A stretch of 32,000 bases of DNA from Sinorhizobium meliloti (GCF_017876815.1 NZ_JAGIOS010000002.1:600001-632000), one strand, 5' to 3'; shown: positions 16,807 to 25,541, counted from the stretch's first letter. Numbers and translations are program-made. Notes: generated from the sequence alone by a model not told the origin.

Positions 16807-18393
16807 ATGTTTGGAGACTACGTGCTCGACCAGGAGCGCCGGGAACTCACCCGGCGCGGACAGGTCGTGTCCGTCGGACCGCAGGTCTTCGACCTCCTGC
16901 TGCATCTGGTCGGCACCCGCGACCGTGTCGTCAGCAAGGACGAGTTGCTCCAGGCGGTGTGGGGCGGCCGCATCGTCTCGGAATCGACGATCACCAGCCA
17001 CATCAATGCGGTTCGCAAAGCCATCGGCGACACCGGCGGGGAGCAGCGCCTGATCCGGACGGTCGCCCGCAAGGGCTTCCGCTTCGTCGGCGACATCAGG
17101 ATCGGCGGGATCGGAGAAGTCCGACAGCCCGTCGGGCCAGGCGCCGCGTTAACGGCCTCCGGCGGATCGGGAGAAACAGCCTCCGCGCTCGTCCTTCCGG
17201 ACAAACCCTCCATCACCGTCCTGCCTTTTCAGAATCTCAGCGGTGATCCGGAGCAGGAATATTTCGCAGACGGCATCGTGGAGGACATCATCACGGCCCT
17301 CTCGCGCATCCGCTGGCTGTTCGTCATCGCCCGCAATTCGAGTTTTAGGTATAAAGGCCGGGCGGTGGAGGTGAAGGACGTCGGTAGGGAGCTTGGCGTG
17401 CGCTATGTGCTGGAAGGCAGCGTGCGCAAATCCGGAAACAGGGTGCGCATAACCGGGCAGCTCATCGACGCGACGACGGGGACGCATCTCTGGGCGGAGC
17501 GCTTCGAGGGCACCCTGGACGACATTTTCGAGCTGCAGGACCGGATGGCGGAAAGCGTCGTCGGCGCTATCGCACCTCAGGTCGAGCGGGCGGAAATGGA
17601 GCGCGCCAAGCGCAAGCCGACGGAAAGCCTCGACGCCCACGACTATTATCTGCGTGGAATGGCAAAACTGCACAGCGGAACCCATGAAGCAATCGAGGCG
17701 GCACTGCCCTTGTTCTATCGGGCGATCGAGCTCGATCAGGAATTTGCGTCTGCCTATGCCGGGGCCGCCTGGTGTTACTTCTGGCGCAAGTTGAATGGCT
17801 GGATGGTCGATCGGGCCGAGGAGATAGCCGAGGGCGCGCGCCTGGCGCGGCGGGCAGTGGAACTTGGCCGGGACGATGCGGTAGCGCTGACAAGAAGCGG
17901 TCACGCGCTCGGACATCTCGTCGGCGACCTGGACGGCGGCATTGCGCTCATCGACCGGGCACGGCTGCTCAACCCCAACTTCGCCCCCGCCTGGTTCCTC
18001 GGCGGCTTCCTGCGCGTTTTCCGCGGTGAACCGGAGAGTGCGATCGAGCATATCGAGCATGCCGCACGTCTGAGCCCCCTGGACCAGGAAATGTTCCGGA
18101 TGCAGGCCGGAACGGCACTCGCGCATTTCTTCGCCGGTCGCTTCGACTCCGCCCTGGTCTGGGCGGAAAAGGCGCTGGGAAACCTGCCCAGCCTGCTCGT
18201 CGCGGTCGCCCTGGTGGCGGCGAGCCACGCGCTTGCCGGGCGGACGGAGGAAGCGCGAAAGACGATGCAGCGCCTGCGGGCGCTCGACCCGTCATTGCGC
18301 GTGTCCACCCTTCGGGACTGGCTGCCGATTCATCGCCCGGAAGACCTCGCCCGATTTGCGGACGGACTGCGGCTGGCCGGATTGCCCGAGTGA
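16807..18393 (+). CDS. Winged-helix (OmpR/CadC-type) DNA-binding protein with TolB-N-like and TPR domains
   Basis: The N-terminus FGDYVLDQERRELTRRGQVVSVGPQVFDLLLHLV...LIRTVARKGFRFVGDI is a Trans_reg_C domain. It is followed by LPDKPSITVLPFQNLSGDPEQEYFADGIVEDIITALSR...YVLEGSVRKSGNRVRITGQLIDATTGTHLWAERF and C-terminal TPR-like repeats. The start is uncertain: ATG 16807, or GTG 16798, which has better spacing to agggga. Confidence 0.8.
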   Translation: MFGDYVLDQERRELTRRGQVVSVGPQVFDLLLHLVGTRDRVVSKDELLQAVWGGRIVSESTITSHINAVRKAIGDTGGEQRLIRTVARKGFRFVGDIRIGGIGEVRQPVGPGAALTASGGSGETASALVLPDKPSITVLPFQNLSGDPEQEYFADGIVEDIITALSRIRWLFVIARNSSFRYKGRAVEVKDVGRELGVRYVLEGSVRKSGNRVRITGQLIDATTGTHLWAERFEGTLDDIFELQDRMAESVVGAIAPQVERAEMERAKRKPTESLDAHDYYLRGMAKLHSGTHEAIEAALPLFYRAIELDQEFASAYAGAAWCYFWRKLNGWMVDRAEEIAEGARLARRAVELGRDDAVALTRSGHALGHLVGDLDGGIALIDRARLLNPNFAPAWFLGGFLRVFRGEPESAIEHIEHAARLSPLDQEMFRMQAGTALAHFFAGRFDSALVWAEKALGNLPSLLVAVALVAASHALAGRTEEARKTMQRLRALDPSLRVSTLRDWLPIHRPEDLARFADGLRLAGLPE

Positions 18394-18444
18394 TCGGATG
18401 CGGGGGAAAGCCGCTAGACACACCGTTTCTGGAAATGCTTACAT

Positions 18445-18906
18445 CTACCCTTCGTATGTGCCGACGATCTCCGCCTCGCCGATGAGATGCTTGCAGGCCC
18501 TCTCCCAGGCTTCTGCCGCGCCCACGTCGTCGGGGATCGAAAGATTGGCCGCGTCGAGGGCGGCAAGCCTGAACCGGTAACGGTGCACGCCTGTTCCGGA
18601 AGGCGGCTGCGGCCCGTCGTAACGGGCGTTTCCGAAATCGTTTCTGATGAACTTGATCCCACGTTCGGGTCCGGTATCGACCGCTTGCGGAAGCTCGGTC
18701 CAGCTGCCGGGAATGTTGATGATCGAGCAGTGGCGGAACAAACCGCTCACCGCATCGGGATCCTCGACGATCAACGCGAAGCTCTGCGTTGCCTCGGGCG
18801 TCCCCGTCCATTTCAGCGGCGGGAACAGGTTCTCGCCGAAGCGGGTATATTTCTGCGGTATCGGCTGGCCATCGGCGAATACGGGACTGATCAGACTGAA
18901 GGTCAT
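18445..18906 (-). CDS. YbhB/YbcL-family PEBP (Raf kinase inhibitor-like) protein
   Basis: ATG at 18906 follows a strong RBS (ggaaggaggcaactg). MTFSLISPVFADGQPIPQKYT...FALIVEDPDA...GPQPPSGTGVHRYRFRLAALD is the PEBP signature. Confidence 0.85.
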   Translation of the reverse strand: MTFSLISPVFADGQPIPQKYTRFGENLFPPLKWTGTPEATQSFALIVEDPDAVSGLFRHCSIINIPGSWTELPQAVDTGPERGIKFIRNDFGNARYDGPQPPSGTGVHRYRFRLAALDAANLSIPDDVGAAEAWERACKHLIGEAEIVGTYEG

Positions 18907-19230
18907 CAGTTGCCTCCTTCCATGTACGAGCAAATGCCGCAGCGATCTTTGCATGTCCCACGGGACGCACAGGCGCGGCTGCTACGAAAGCGAGAGCGCG
19001 GGGGCATTGCCCCATCGGCGCGTCCTCGCGCGAATAGGAGAACCAAGAGCCGCGACTTGTGTTCCCGAAGGCGGCAGGCGCCGCGAATCCCAGCCGCACG
19101 AACAGCGCGCGATAGGCAGATAAAATATCATCGGATGGCGGGAACTTTGTTGCTCATGATTGTGTTGATGGAGGGCACATCGGCGGCGAGTGGGCCGGTC
19201 GCATTCAAGACGTTTCCCGGAACATGAACG

Positions 19231-20691
19231 ATGCAGATACTGTCTGTCACGGCCGAAATTTTTCCGCTCGTCAAGACCGGGGGCCTGGCAGATGTAGCGG
19301 GATCGCTCCCCAAGGCACTCAGGGCCCACGGCATCCACACGCGCAGCTTCGTTCCGGGTTACCCCGGCGTCATGCGCGCGCTCAGCGACGCGACCCCGGT
19401 CGCCGAGTTTGAAAGCCTGTTCGGCGAACGCGCCACTCTCATCGCGGCGCGGGCTCACGGGCTGGATCTCTTCGTGCTCGATGCGCCGGCCTTCTATGAC
19501 AGGCAAGGGGCCCTCTACGTAGACAGGCATGGCCGGGATTATGCGGACAACTGGAAACGCTTCGCCGCCTTCTCGCTGGTCGCATCGCAAATCGCGCGCG
19601 GGCTCGTTCCCAACTGGCGGCCGCACATCATTCACGCACATGACTGGCACGCGGCGATGAGCCTCCTCTATCTGAAGTACGCCGGCGACGACACCATTCC
19701 TCGCGTCCTAACCGTGCACAACCTTGCGTTCCAGGGGCAATTCCCGGCCCACTACTTCCCCGAGCTCGGCCTCCCGGCGGAAGCATATTCGATCGACGGC
19801 GTCGAATATTACGGCGATATCGGGTTCCTCAAGGGCGGCCTGCAGGCAGCCGATGCGATCACGGTCGTCAGCCCCACCTATGCGCGGGAAATCATGTCCC
19901 CGGCCTTCGGCATGGGGCTGGAAGGCGTGATGAACGAACGGCATGCGGATGTCGTGGGCATCGTCAACGGCATAGACCTGGAAGTATGGGATCCATCCTC
20001 AGATCCCTGCATCGAGCATCACTATTCGGCGCGCGTGCCGCTGCGCCGCCTGCCCAACCGGCAGGTGCTGCTCCGGCATTTCGGCCTGCCGGACACCTGC
20101 GGACCGATCTTCGCCAGCGTCAACCGGCTGACATGGCAGAAGGGCATGGACCTTCTCGCTGCGACCGCCGGCGAGATTGTCAAGAATGGCGGCACCCTGA
20201 TCATCCATGGGCAAGGCGAGGAGAAGCTGGAAGCCGCATTCATGGATCTCATGCGACGGTTCCCGCAAAACATCAGTGTAAGCATCGGTTATGACGAGCA
20301 CCTCGCCCACAGGATTCATGCCGGCGCGGATGCAATGCTCGTTCCGTCCCGGTTCGAGCCCTGCGGCCTCACGCAGCTTTACGCGCTGCGCTACGGCTGC
20401 GTACCGGTCGTCGCCCGCACGGGCGGCCTGTCGGAGACCATCATCGATGCCAACGATGCCGCGCTCCATGCCCATGTCGCGACGGGCATACAGTTTGCGC
20501 CCATCGACGAGGACGGACTACGCCATGCACTACGCCGCACCTTCCGGCTCTACCGGCTGCGACGCGTCTGGGAGGGACTTCGCCGCCAGGGCATGAAAAC
20601 CGACTGCTCGTGGCATCGCAGTGCGGCCCGCTATGCGGACCTTTACAGCGAACTCCTCAATCCCGACATGCGCCTGGTCGGCAGCGCTTGA
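19231..20691 (+). CDS. glgA: Glycogen synthase (ADP-glucose transglucosylase)
   Basis: 486 aa. The N-terminus MQILSVTAEIFPLVKTGGLADVAGSLPKAL contains the KTGGL motif. The C-terminal GT-B region is VPSRFEPCGLTQLYALRYGCVPVVARTGGLSETI. Confidence 0.93.
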   Translation: MQILSVTAEIFPLVKTGGLADVAGSLPKALRAHGIHTRSFVPGYPGVMRALSDATPVAEFESLFGERATLIAARAHGLDLFVLDAPAFYDRQGALYVDRHGRDYADNWKRFAAFSLVASQIARGLVPNWRPHIIHAHDWHAAMSLLYLKYAGDDTIPRVLTVHNLAFQGQFPAHYFPELGLPAEAYSIDGVEYYGDIGFLKGGLQAADAITVVSPTYAREIMSPAFGMGLEGVMNERHADVVGIVNGIDLEVWDPSSDPCIEHHYSARVPLRRLPNRQVLLRHFGLPDTCGPIFASVNRLTWQKGMDLLAATAGEIVKNGGTLIIHGQGEEKLEAAFMDLMRRFPQNISVSIGYDEHLAHRIHAGADAMLVPSRFEPCGLTQLYALRYGCVPVVARTGGLSETIIDANDAALHAHVATGIQFAPIDEDGLRHALRRTFRLYRLRRVWEGLRRQGMKTDCSWHRSAARYADLYSELLNPDMRLVGSA

Positions 20692-20704
20692 CCTGGAAAC
20701 TCCA

Positions 20705-20741
20705 GGAAAAGTGCGCAGCGGTTTTCCGTCCGGAATTTCGG
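20705..20741 (+). repeat. Intergenic repeat, copy A (GGAAAAGTG...GGTTTTCCG..CCG family)
   Basis: ggaaaagtgcgcagcggttttccgtccggaatttcgg, beginning 14 nt after the glgA stop. It shares the GAAAAGTG and GGTTTTCCG blocks with copies at 25860 and 30773. Confidence 0.6.
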
Positions 20742-21005
20742 AAGCAAAAGGGCTGGGCATTCAGGGGAAAGCGGAAATGCTCCAGCATGCGCCGGCGCCG
20801 TCCCTCGCCTTTCCCGGAATTCCGCAATTTCGCAAATTGCTATCATTCGCAAAGGTGATGAATTGATAAGCAGTGCGGCATGGATTGCGCCGCCCGAATA
20901 TGCGAATGGCTGCGCAGGTTGCCGCGCCGGATTCTCTGAAATCCGTGCCTCGCGACCGGAAACGTTCCGCGGGACCGCGGACCCGCTCTGAAGGAATTCG
21001 CATCC

Positions 21006-21917
21006 ATGGCCGTCGACAGCGTCCCCGGCAACCTTTCCCGTGAAAACGGCGCCGCCCGCGCCGGCGTGGTCGTTATGCTCCTCGGCATGTTGATGTTCTC
21101 GGTGAACGACGTCATGGGGAAGTGGCTCGTCGCCACCTACTCGGTCGGCCAGGTGGTGCTTATCCGCAGCATCGCCGCTGCCCTTCTGCTCGCGCCCTTC
21201 CTGTGGGTAAGCGGCCCGAAAAAACTCTTCACTCTCGAGCGGCCCGGCCTTCAGCTTGCCCGCGTCGTCGCCTCGACCGCCGAGGTGGTCGCGTTCTATT
21301 TCGCCGTCGTCTACCTGCCGCTGGCTGACGTCATGACCTATTGGCTGGCGGCGCCGATCTATGTCGCGGCCGTTTCGCCGCTGGTGCTGAAGGAACCTGT
21401 CGGCTGGCGGCGCTGGACGGCGATCGGCATCGGCTTCGTCGGCGTCGTCGTCGCGCTCGAGCCGTCGTCACAGGCCTTCACGCTGCCGGCCGTCATCTCG
21501 ATTCTCGGCAGCATGACCTTCGCCTTCATGATGATTTCCGGGCGTTCGCTGCGCGGCACTCCGGATACGACGCTCGCCTTCTGGCAGATTGTCGGCGCCG
21601 CGGTCGCCGGCCTCGTCTGGGCACCCTTCGACTGGACACCCCTCAAACCACTCGACACGGCGCTCATCTGCCTGCTCGGCGCCGTAGCAATGATCGCCCA
21701 TGTCCTCGTCAACCGGGCGCTGAAGCTCGCCGATGCCGCGACGGTCGCCCCGTTGCAATATACGCTACTCTTCTGGGCAATCTTCTTCGGTTGGCTGATC
21801 TTCGGCGATACGCCGCGGCTGTCGATGGTGATCGGCGCCGCCCTCATCGTCGCCTCCGGTCTCTTCATCTTCTTCCGCGAACAGCAACTGAAAAGGCAGG
21901 GGCGGCTAAAGGGCTAA
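21006..21917 (+). CDS. DMT-superfamily (EamA-like) transporter
   Basis: 303 aa with ~10 hydrophobic helices in two EamA halves (MLLGMLMFSVNDVMGKWL..., ...LIFGDTPRLSMVIGAALIVASGLFIF). Confidence 0.8.
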   Translation: MAVDSVPGNLSRENGAARAGVVVMLLGMLMFSVNDVMGKWLVATYSVGQVVLIRSIAAALLLAPFLWVSGPKKLFTLERPGLQLARVVASTAEVVAFYFAVVYLPLADVMTYWLAAPIYVAAVSPLVLKEPVGWRRWTAIGIGFVGVVVALEPSSQAFTLPAVISILGSMTFAFMMISGRSLRGTPDTTLAFWQIVGAAVAGLVWAPFDWTPLKPLDTALICLLGAVAMIAHVLVNRALKLADAATVAPLQYTLLFWAIFFGWLIFGDTPRLSMVIGAALIVASGLFIFFREQQLKRQGRLKG

Positions 21918-22050
21918 TCCCGGGCACGACTTCCACACTTCATCAACGCTAAGAATATCGATTATCGCGCCTATCGATTTCGCTTATGTAACGTCTGCCC
22001 CTACAGTTCCCTGGAAGCGCCGAACAAAGGCGCAACCGAGGGGAAAGAAC

Positions 22051-22827
22051 ATGCGAAAGCTCATTCTGGCGCTGGCACTCGCCGGCACTGCACTGTCTTC
22101 TTCCGCCGTTGCTGCGGAGAAGCTGAAGATCGGAACCGAGGGTGCCTATCCGCCCTTCAACTTCGTCGATTCCAGCGGCAAGATCGGCGGTTTCGACGTG
22201 GAAATCGGTCTCGCGCTCTGCGAGCGCATGAAGGTCGAGTGCGAAGTCGTCGCCCAGGATTGGGACGGCATCATTCCGGGCCTGCTTGCCAAGAAGTACG
22301 ACATGATTATCGCCTCGATGTTCATTACCGAGGAGCGCAAGAAGCAGGTGGCTTTCACCAATCCCTATTACCTGGCCGCGATGACGCATGCGGCACCGAA
22401 GGGTGCCGGCATCAGCGCCTTCAGCAACGAGGCGCTCCAGGGCAAGGTGATCGGCGCCCAATCCGGCACGACCCAGGCCGACTATATCGCCGCCGTCTAC
22501 CCGGATGCCGAGATCAAGCTCTATCCCACCCAGGACGAAGCCAATCTCGACATGGTCAACGGTAGGCTCGACCTGCAGGTCGGCGACATGCTGCCGCTGC
22601 TCGATTGGGTCACCAAGAATGACGACGGCAAGGGTTGCTGCGAGCTCGTCGGCGAGCCGATCACCGACAAAAAATTCGTCGGCGACGGCGTCGGTATTGC
22701 TGTCCGGCAGGAGGACAACGAAATGCGCGAGAAGCTGAACAAGGCGCTTGATGAGATCCGCGCCGACGGGACCTACAAGAAGATCAACGACAAGTATTTC
22801 ACCATTGACGTCTATACGATGAAGTGA
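22051..22827 (+). CDS. Periplasmic polar amino-acid binding protein (HisJ/ArgT, lysine-arginine-ornithine family), orphan
   Basis: RBS gaggggaaagaac. Signal peptide MRKLILALALAGTALSSSAVA. KLKIGTEGAYPPFNFVDSSGKIGGFDVEIGLALCERM and a conserved Cys pair are typical of the LAO/His-binding family. There is no adjacent permease or ATPase. Confidence 0.85.
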   Translation: MRKLILALALAGTALSSSAVAAEKLKIGTEGAYPPFNFVDSSGKIGGFDVEIGLALCERMKVECEVVAQDWDGIIPGLLAKKYDMIIASMFITEERKKQVAFTNPYYLAAMTHAAPKGAGISAFSNEALQGKVIGAQSGTTQADYIAAVYPDAEIKLYPTQDEANLDMVNGRLDLQVGDMLPLLDWVTKNDDGKGCCELVGEPITDKKFVGDGVGIAVRQEDNEMREKLNKALDEIRADGTYKKINDKYFTIDVYTMK

Positions 22828-22836
22828 CGGCGCATG

Positions 22837-22888
22837 CCTCTCATCCGGCCTGCCGGCAGGCCGGATGAGAGGCAAAATCTATTTTTTT
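22837..22888 (+). terminator. Rho-independent terminator (perfect 16-bp stem) between convergent genes
   Basis: cctctcatccggcctg (22837-22852) / loop ccgg / caggccggatgagagg (22857-22872), followed by caaaatctattttttt. The T run (22882-22888) overlaps the last codons of the minus-strand cyclase gene. Confidence 0.8.
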
Positions 22889-24144
22889 CCCGAGAAGGCA
22901 AAGACGTCGACCGGCTCATCAAGCCCCCGCAAGGCATAGGAACCCAGATTTTCCATCTGCCCTGCACAGCCTGCCTTTTCGACGAAGGCTCTTGAGAGCA
23001 GAACCGGACGCTTCAGCTCCTTCGTAAGGGTTTCGAGACGCGAGGCGATGTTGACCGCCGGTCCGATCACCGTGAAGTCCAGACGCCGGCGCGAACCGAT
23101 ATTGCCATACATCACATCGCCGACATGGACGCCGATGCCGTAGCCGAGCGGATCGTGGCCCTTGCGCAGGTTCTCCTCATTGAGAACGGCAAGAGCGGCC
23201 TGCGCCTCGCCGATGGCTCCGAGAAGCTGACTGCAGGCACAGGGATTGCTGAGCGGAAAGATCGCCAGCAGCCCGTCGCCCATGAATTTCAGGATCTCCC
23301 CGCCGTGCCGCTCGATCGGTTCCGACATGGCGTCGAAATAGCCGTTGAGGAGTTCGATGACGTCGTCCCTGGGCCATAGGTCGGACAGCTTCGTGAAGTC
23401 GCGCAGATCGCAGATGAGGATCGCCGCGCCTACCGTCACGCCGCTGCCGCGTGTGGTCGCTCCGGCCAGGATCTGCTCGCTCGCATGCGGCCCGACATAG
23501 GTCTCGAGAAGCGTGCGGGCGAAGCGGTTCTTCAGCCGGATTTCACTGACAAGCGCCAGGGCCGGCAGAATATCCTTCAGGAAGGCGAGATCATCGGAGC
23601 TGAATCCGCCCGGCCTGTCGCTCGCAAAGGTGACCGCGTGCCGCTTGCCGAGCGTATGGAGCAGGGGCCAGATGATGTACTCGGTCAGTCCCTCCGCGCG
23701 CAGTTCATCATAGAGCGGGTAATCCGGACCCGCCGATGTCGGGTCGTCAAGGCGTCTGCGCACTTCCTCCGCCCCCTCGTTGAAATCGCGCAAGGGGCTG
23801 CTCAGATATTGCGTGGTGTCCTCGACGCCGTAGGCATAGGTATCAAGCTCCGCCTCCGCCAGACCCTTTCGCCATAGAATCCGTGCACCGATCCACTGCG
23901 GGTGGTGAATTCTGAAATGCAGGGTGGCGCGGGCGACGGGCACGCCGGCCTCCACCAGCTTGTCGCACATCTCCACGAAGATGTTGTCGATAAAGCGTTC
24001 GCCGCGCGTCTCGATGACGAGCCAGTCGATGATCCGGCGCCGCCGCGCCGGCCATGTCCCCTCGCTTTCGCCGGGCAAAGGCGGCTGTGGCTGTGTCGGA
24101 GACTGAACTGCGACGTTCGCCTCGCTCGGATTCGTGGTGGCCAT
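22879..24144 (-). CDS. Class III adenylate/guanylate cyclase with N-terminal domain of unknown function
   Basis: 421 aa. The C-terminal CYCc domain reads AAILICDLRDFTKLSD...GGEILKFMGDGLLAIFP...GIGVHVGDVMYGNIGSRRRLDFTVIGPAVNIASRLE. Confidence 0.9.
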   Translation of the reverse strand: MATTNPSEANVAVQSPTQPQPPLPGESEGTWPARRRRIIDWLVIETRGERFIDNIFVEMCDKLVEAGVPVARATLHFRIHHPQWIGARILWRKGLAEAELDTYAYGVEDTTQYLSSPLRDFNEGAEEVRRRLDDPTSAGPDYPLYDELRAEGLTEYIIWPLLHTLGKRHAVTFASDRPGGFSSDDLAFLKDILPALALVSEIRLKNRFARTLLETYVGPHASEQILAGATTRGSGVTVGAAILICDLRDFTKLSDLWPRDDVIELLNGYFDAMSEPIERHGGEILKFMGDGLLAIFPLSNPCACSQLLGAIGEAQAALAVLNEENLRKGHDPLGYGIGVHVGDVMYGNIGSRRRLDFTVIGPAVNIASRLETLTKELKRPVLLSRAFVEKAGCAGQMENLGSYALRGLDEPVDVFAFSGKK

Positions 24145-24145
24145 T

Positions 24146-24697
24146 TCAAAACCCCAGGGATTGCTGCGCGGGCTCCGGCGGAGCGACCTTGACGCCTTCC
24201 ATTTCGAGCATTCCGAGCTTCGTGGAAGAACCGCCCGGCGCCGAGAAACCGCCGATCTTGCCGCCGGCTGCGAGAACCCGATGGCACGGGATGATCAGTG
24301 CCACGGGATTCTTCGCCATCGCTTGGCCGACATCCCGGGCCGCCTCCGGGCCTGCGCCGAGCTCCTTCGCAAGGGCGCCGTAGGTCGTCGTGCTGCCCCA
24401 CGGGATCTTTCGCGCGGCCTGATAGATCTTCTCGAAAAAGGCGCCCTGTCCCTGCAGATCGAGATCGAAGCGGGAAAAATCCGTCTCCCTTCCCTCGAAA
24501 TAGTCCTTCACCGCCGCGACCGCTTCGGCAACCCGCGGCGGCGGCTCGTGCGGCGCTCCGTCCGGCAAACGCCGCAGAAGCAGTCGCTCGGTGGATTCGG
24601 CGCTTCGCGTCGGCAGCTGGAAGCGCGTGATGCCGGCATCGCTCCAGGCGATGCCGCAGAAACCGCGTGCGGTTTCGAAAATATGGTAATGGTGCAT
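24146..24697 (-). CDS. ogt: Methylated-DNA--protein-cysteine S-methyltransferase
   Basis: Active-site IPCHRV motif, with TTYGALAKELG upstream of it. I chose the ATG at 24697 (RBS ggaggagagcgaactc). Its TGA stop is separated by 1 nt from the ATG of the cyclase gene. Confidence 0.88.
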   Translation of the reverse strand: MHHYHIFETARGFCGIAWSDAGITRFQLPTRSAESTERLLLRRLPDGAPHEPPPRVAEAVAAVKDYFEGRETDFSRFDLDLQGQGAFFEKIYQAARKIPWGSTTTYGALAKELGAGPEAARDVGQAMAKNPVALIIPCHRVLAAGGKIGGFSAPGGSSTKLGMLEMEGVKVAPPEPAQQSLGF

Positions 24698-24908
24698 GAG
24701 TTCGCTCTCCTCCAGCACCGCATGCCCGACTGAGGCACGCCGAGTTGCTGTAGCGCTTCGAATTCCTTCATGGAGAATCGTGCGCCCGGGCCTTCAATTC
24801 AACCCGTTTTCCCTAGGGGAGACCTAAAAAAGACGATCTCATTTTCGTCATTCATGCCTTGGCGCTCGCCGGATCTCTTGCGAGGATGCGGATAACTCGA
24901 ACTGACCG

Positions 24909-25466
24909 GTGCATCGCTTGACCTCAGATGTCGATTTCTTCGCGCGTAGCGCCGTCCAGGTGGCGGCTGATCTGATCGGCGCCGATTTCACCGTTTCCGG
25001 TGTCGGCGGCACGATAGTCGAGACGGAGGCCTACCTGCCTGACGACGCGGCGTCGCATAGTTTCGCCGGCACCACGGCGCGCAATCGCGCCATGTTCGGT
25101 CCGCCGGCGCATGCCTACATCTATCTCTCCTACGGCCTGCACTGGTGCCTGAATTTCGTCTGCCTGCCAGGCAGCGCCGTACTGATCCGCGCGATCGAAC
25201 CGCGATGGGGCATAGACACGATGCGGGCGAGACGTGGCGTCCGTGAAGAGAGGCTATTGTGTTCCGGACCGGGACGTGTCGGACAGGCGCTGGCGATCAG
25301 CCGGGAGCTGGACGGATTGCCTCTCGGAGAGGATCCGTTCCGCCTCACCCTGCCCTCCACGAAACCGCCGCTCGCCGCCGGCATCCGCGTCGGCATAACC
25401 AAGGCGGTAGAACAGCCCTGGCGGTTCGGGCTGGCCGGCTCATCCTTTGTGAGCCGCAAGTTCTGA
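24909..25466 (+). CDS. mpg: DNA-3-methyladenine glycosylase (Mpg/AAG family)
   Basis: GTG start. FFARSAVQVAADLIG...GGTIVETEAYLPDDAASHSFAGTTARNRAMFGPPAHAYIYLSYGLHWCLNFV is the AAG/Mpg family signature. 185 aa. Confidence 0.88.
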   Translation: MHRLTSDVDFFARSAVQVAADLIGADFTVSGVGGTIVETEAYLPDDAASHSFAGTTARNRAMFGPPAHAYIYLSYGLHWCLNFVCLPGSAVLIRAIEPRWGIDTMRARRGVREERLLCSGPGRVGQALAISRELDGLPLGEDPFRLTLPSTKPPLAAGIRVGITKAVEQPWRFGLAGSSFVSRKF

Positions 25467-25541
25467 TGCAGCTTCGCCGGTCGGGTGAAGCCGCTCTTCG
25501 GTTCCGTTCAAGTTGACACGGAGACCCGCTTCTGTCCTTAA

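Noticed and set aside
18955-19230. Search for a gene or terminator in the 324-nt PEBP-glgA spacer
   Set aside because: Only very short ORFs (e.g. MSNKVPAIR) and no convincing hairpin or promoter consensus. Left unannotated.
24719-24908. Possible small gene or AraC/Ada-like fragment on the minus strand in the ogt-mpg spacer (MKEFEALQQLGVPQSGMR...)
   Set aside because: The ORF 24508..24771 runs out of frame into ogt and has no supporting motif. The spacer more likely holds the divergent promoters plus a gctgtagc repeat half-site.
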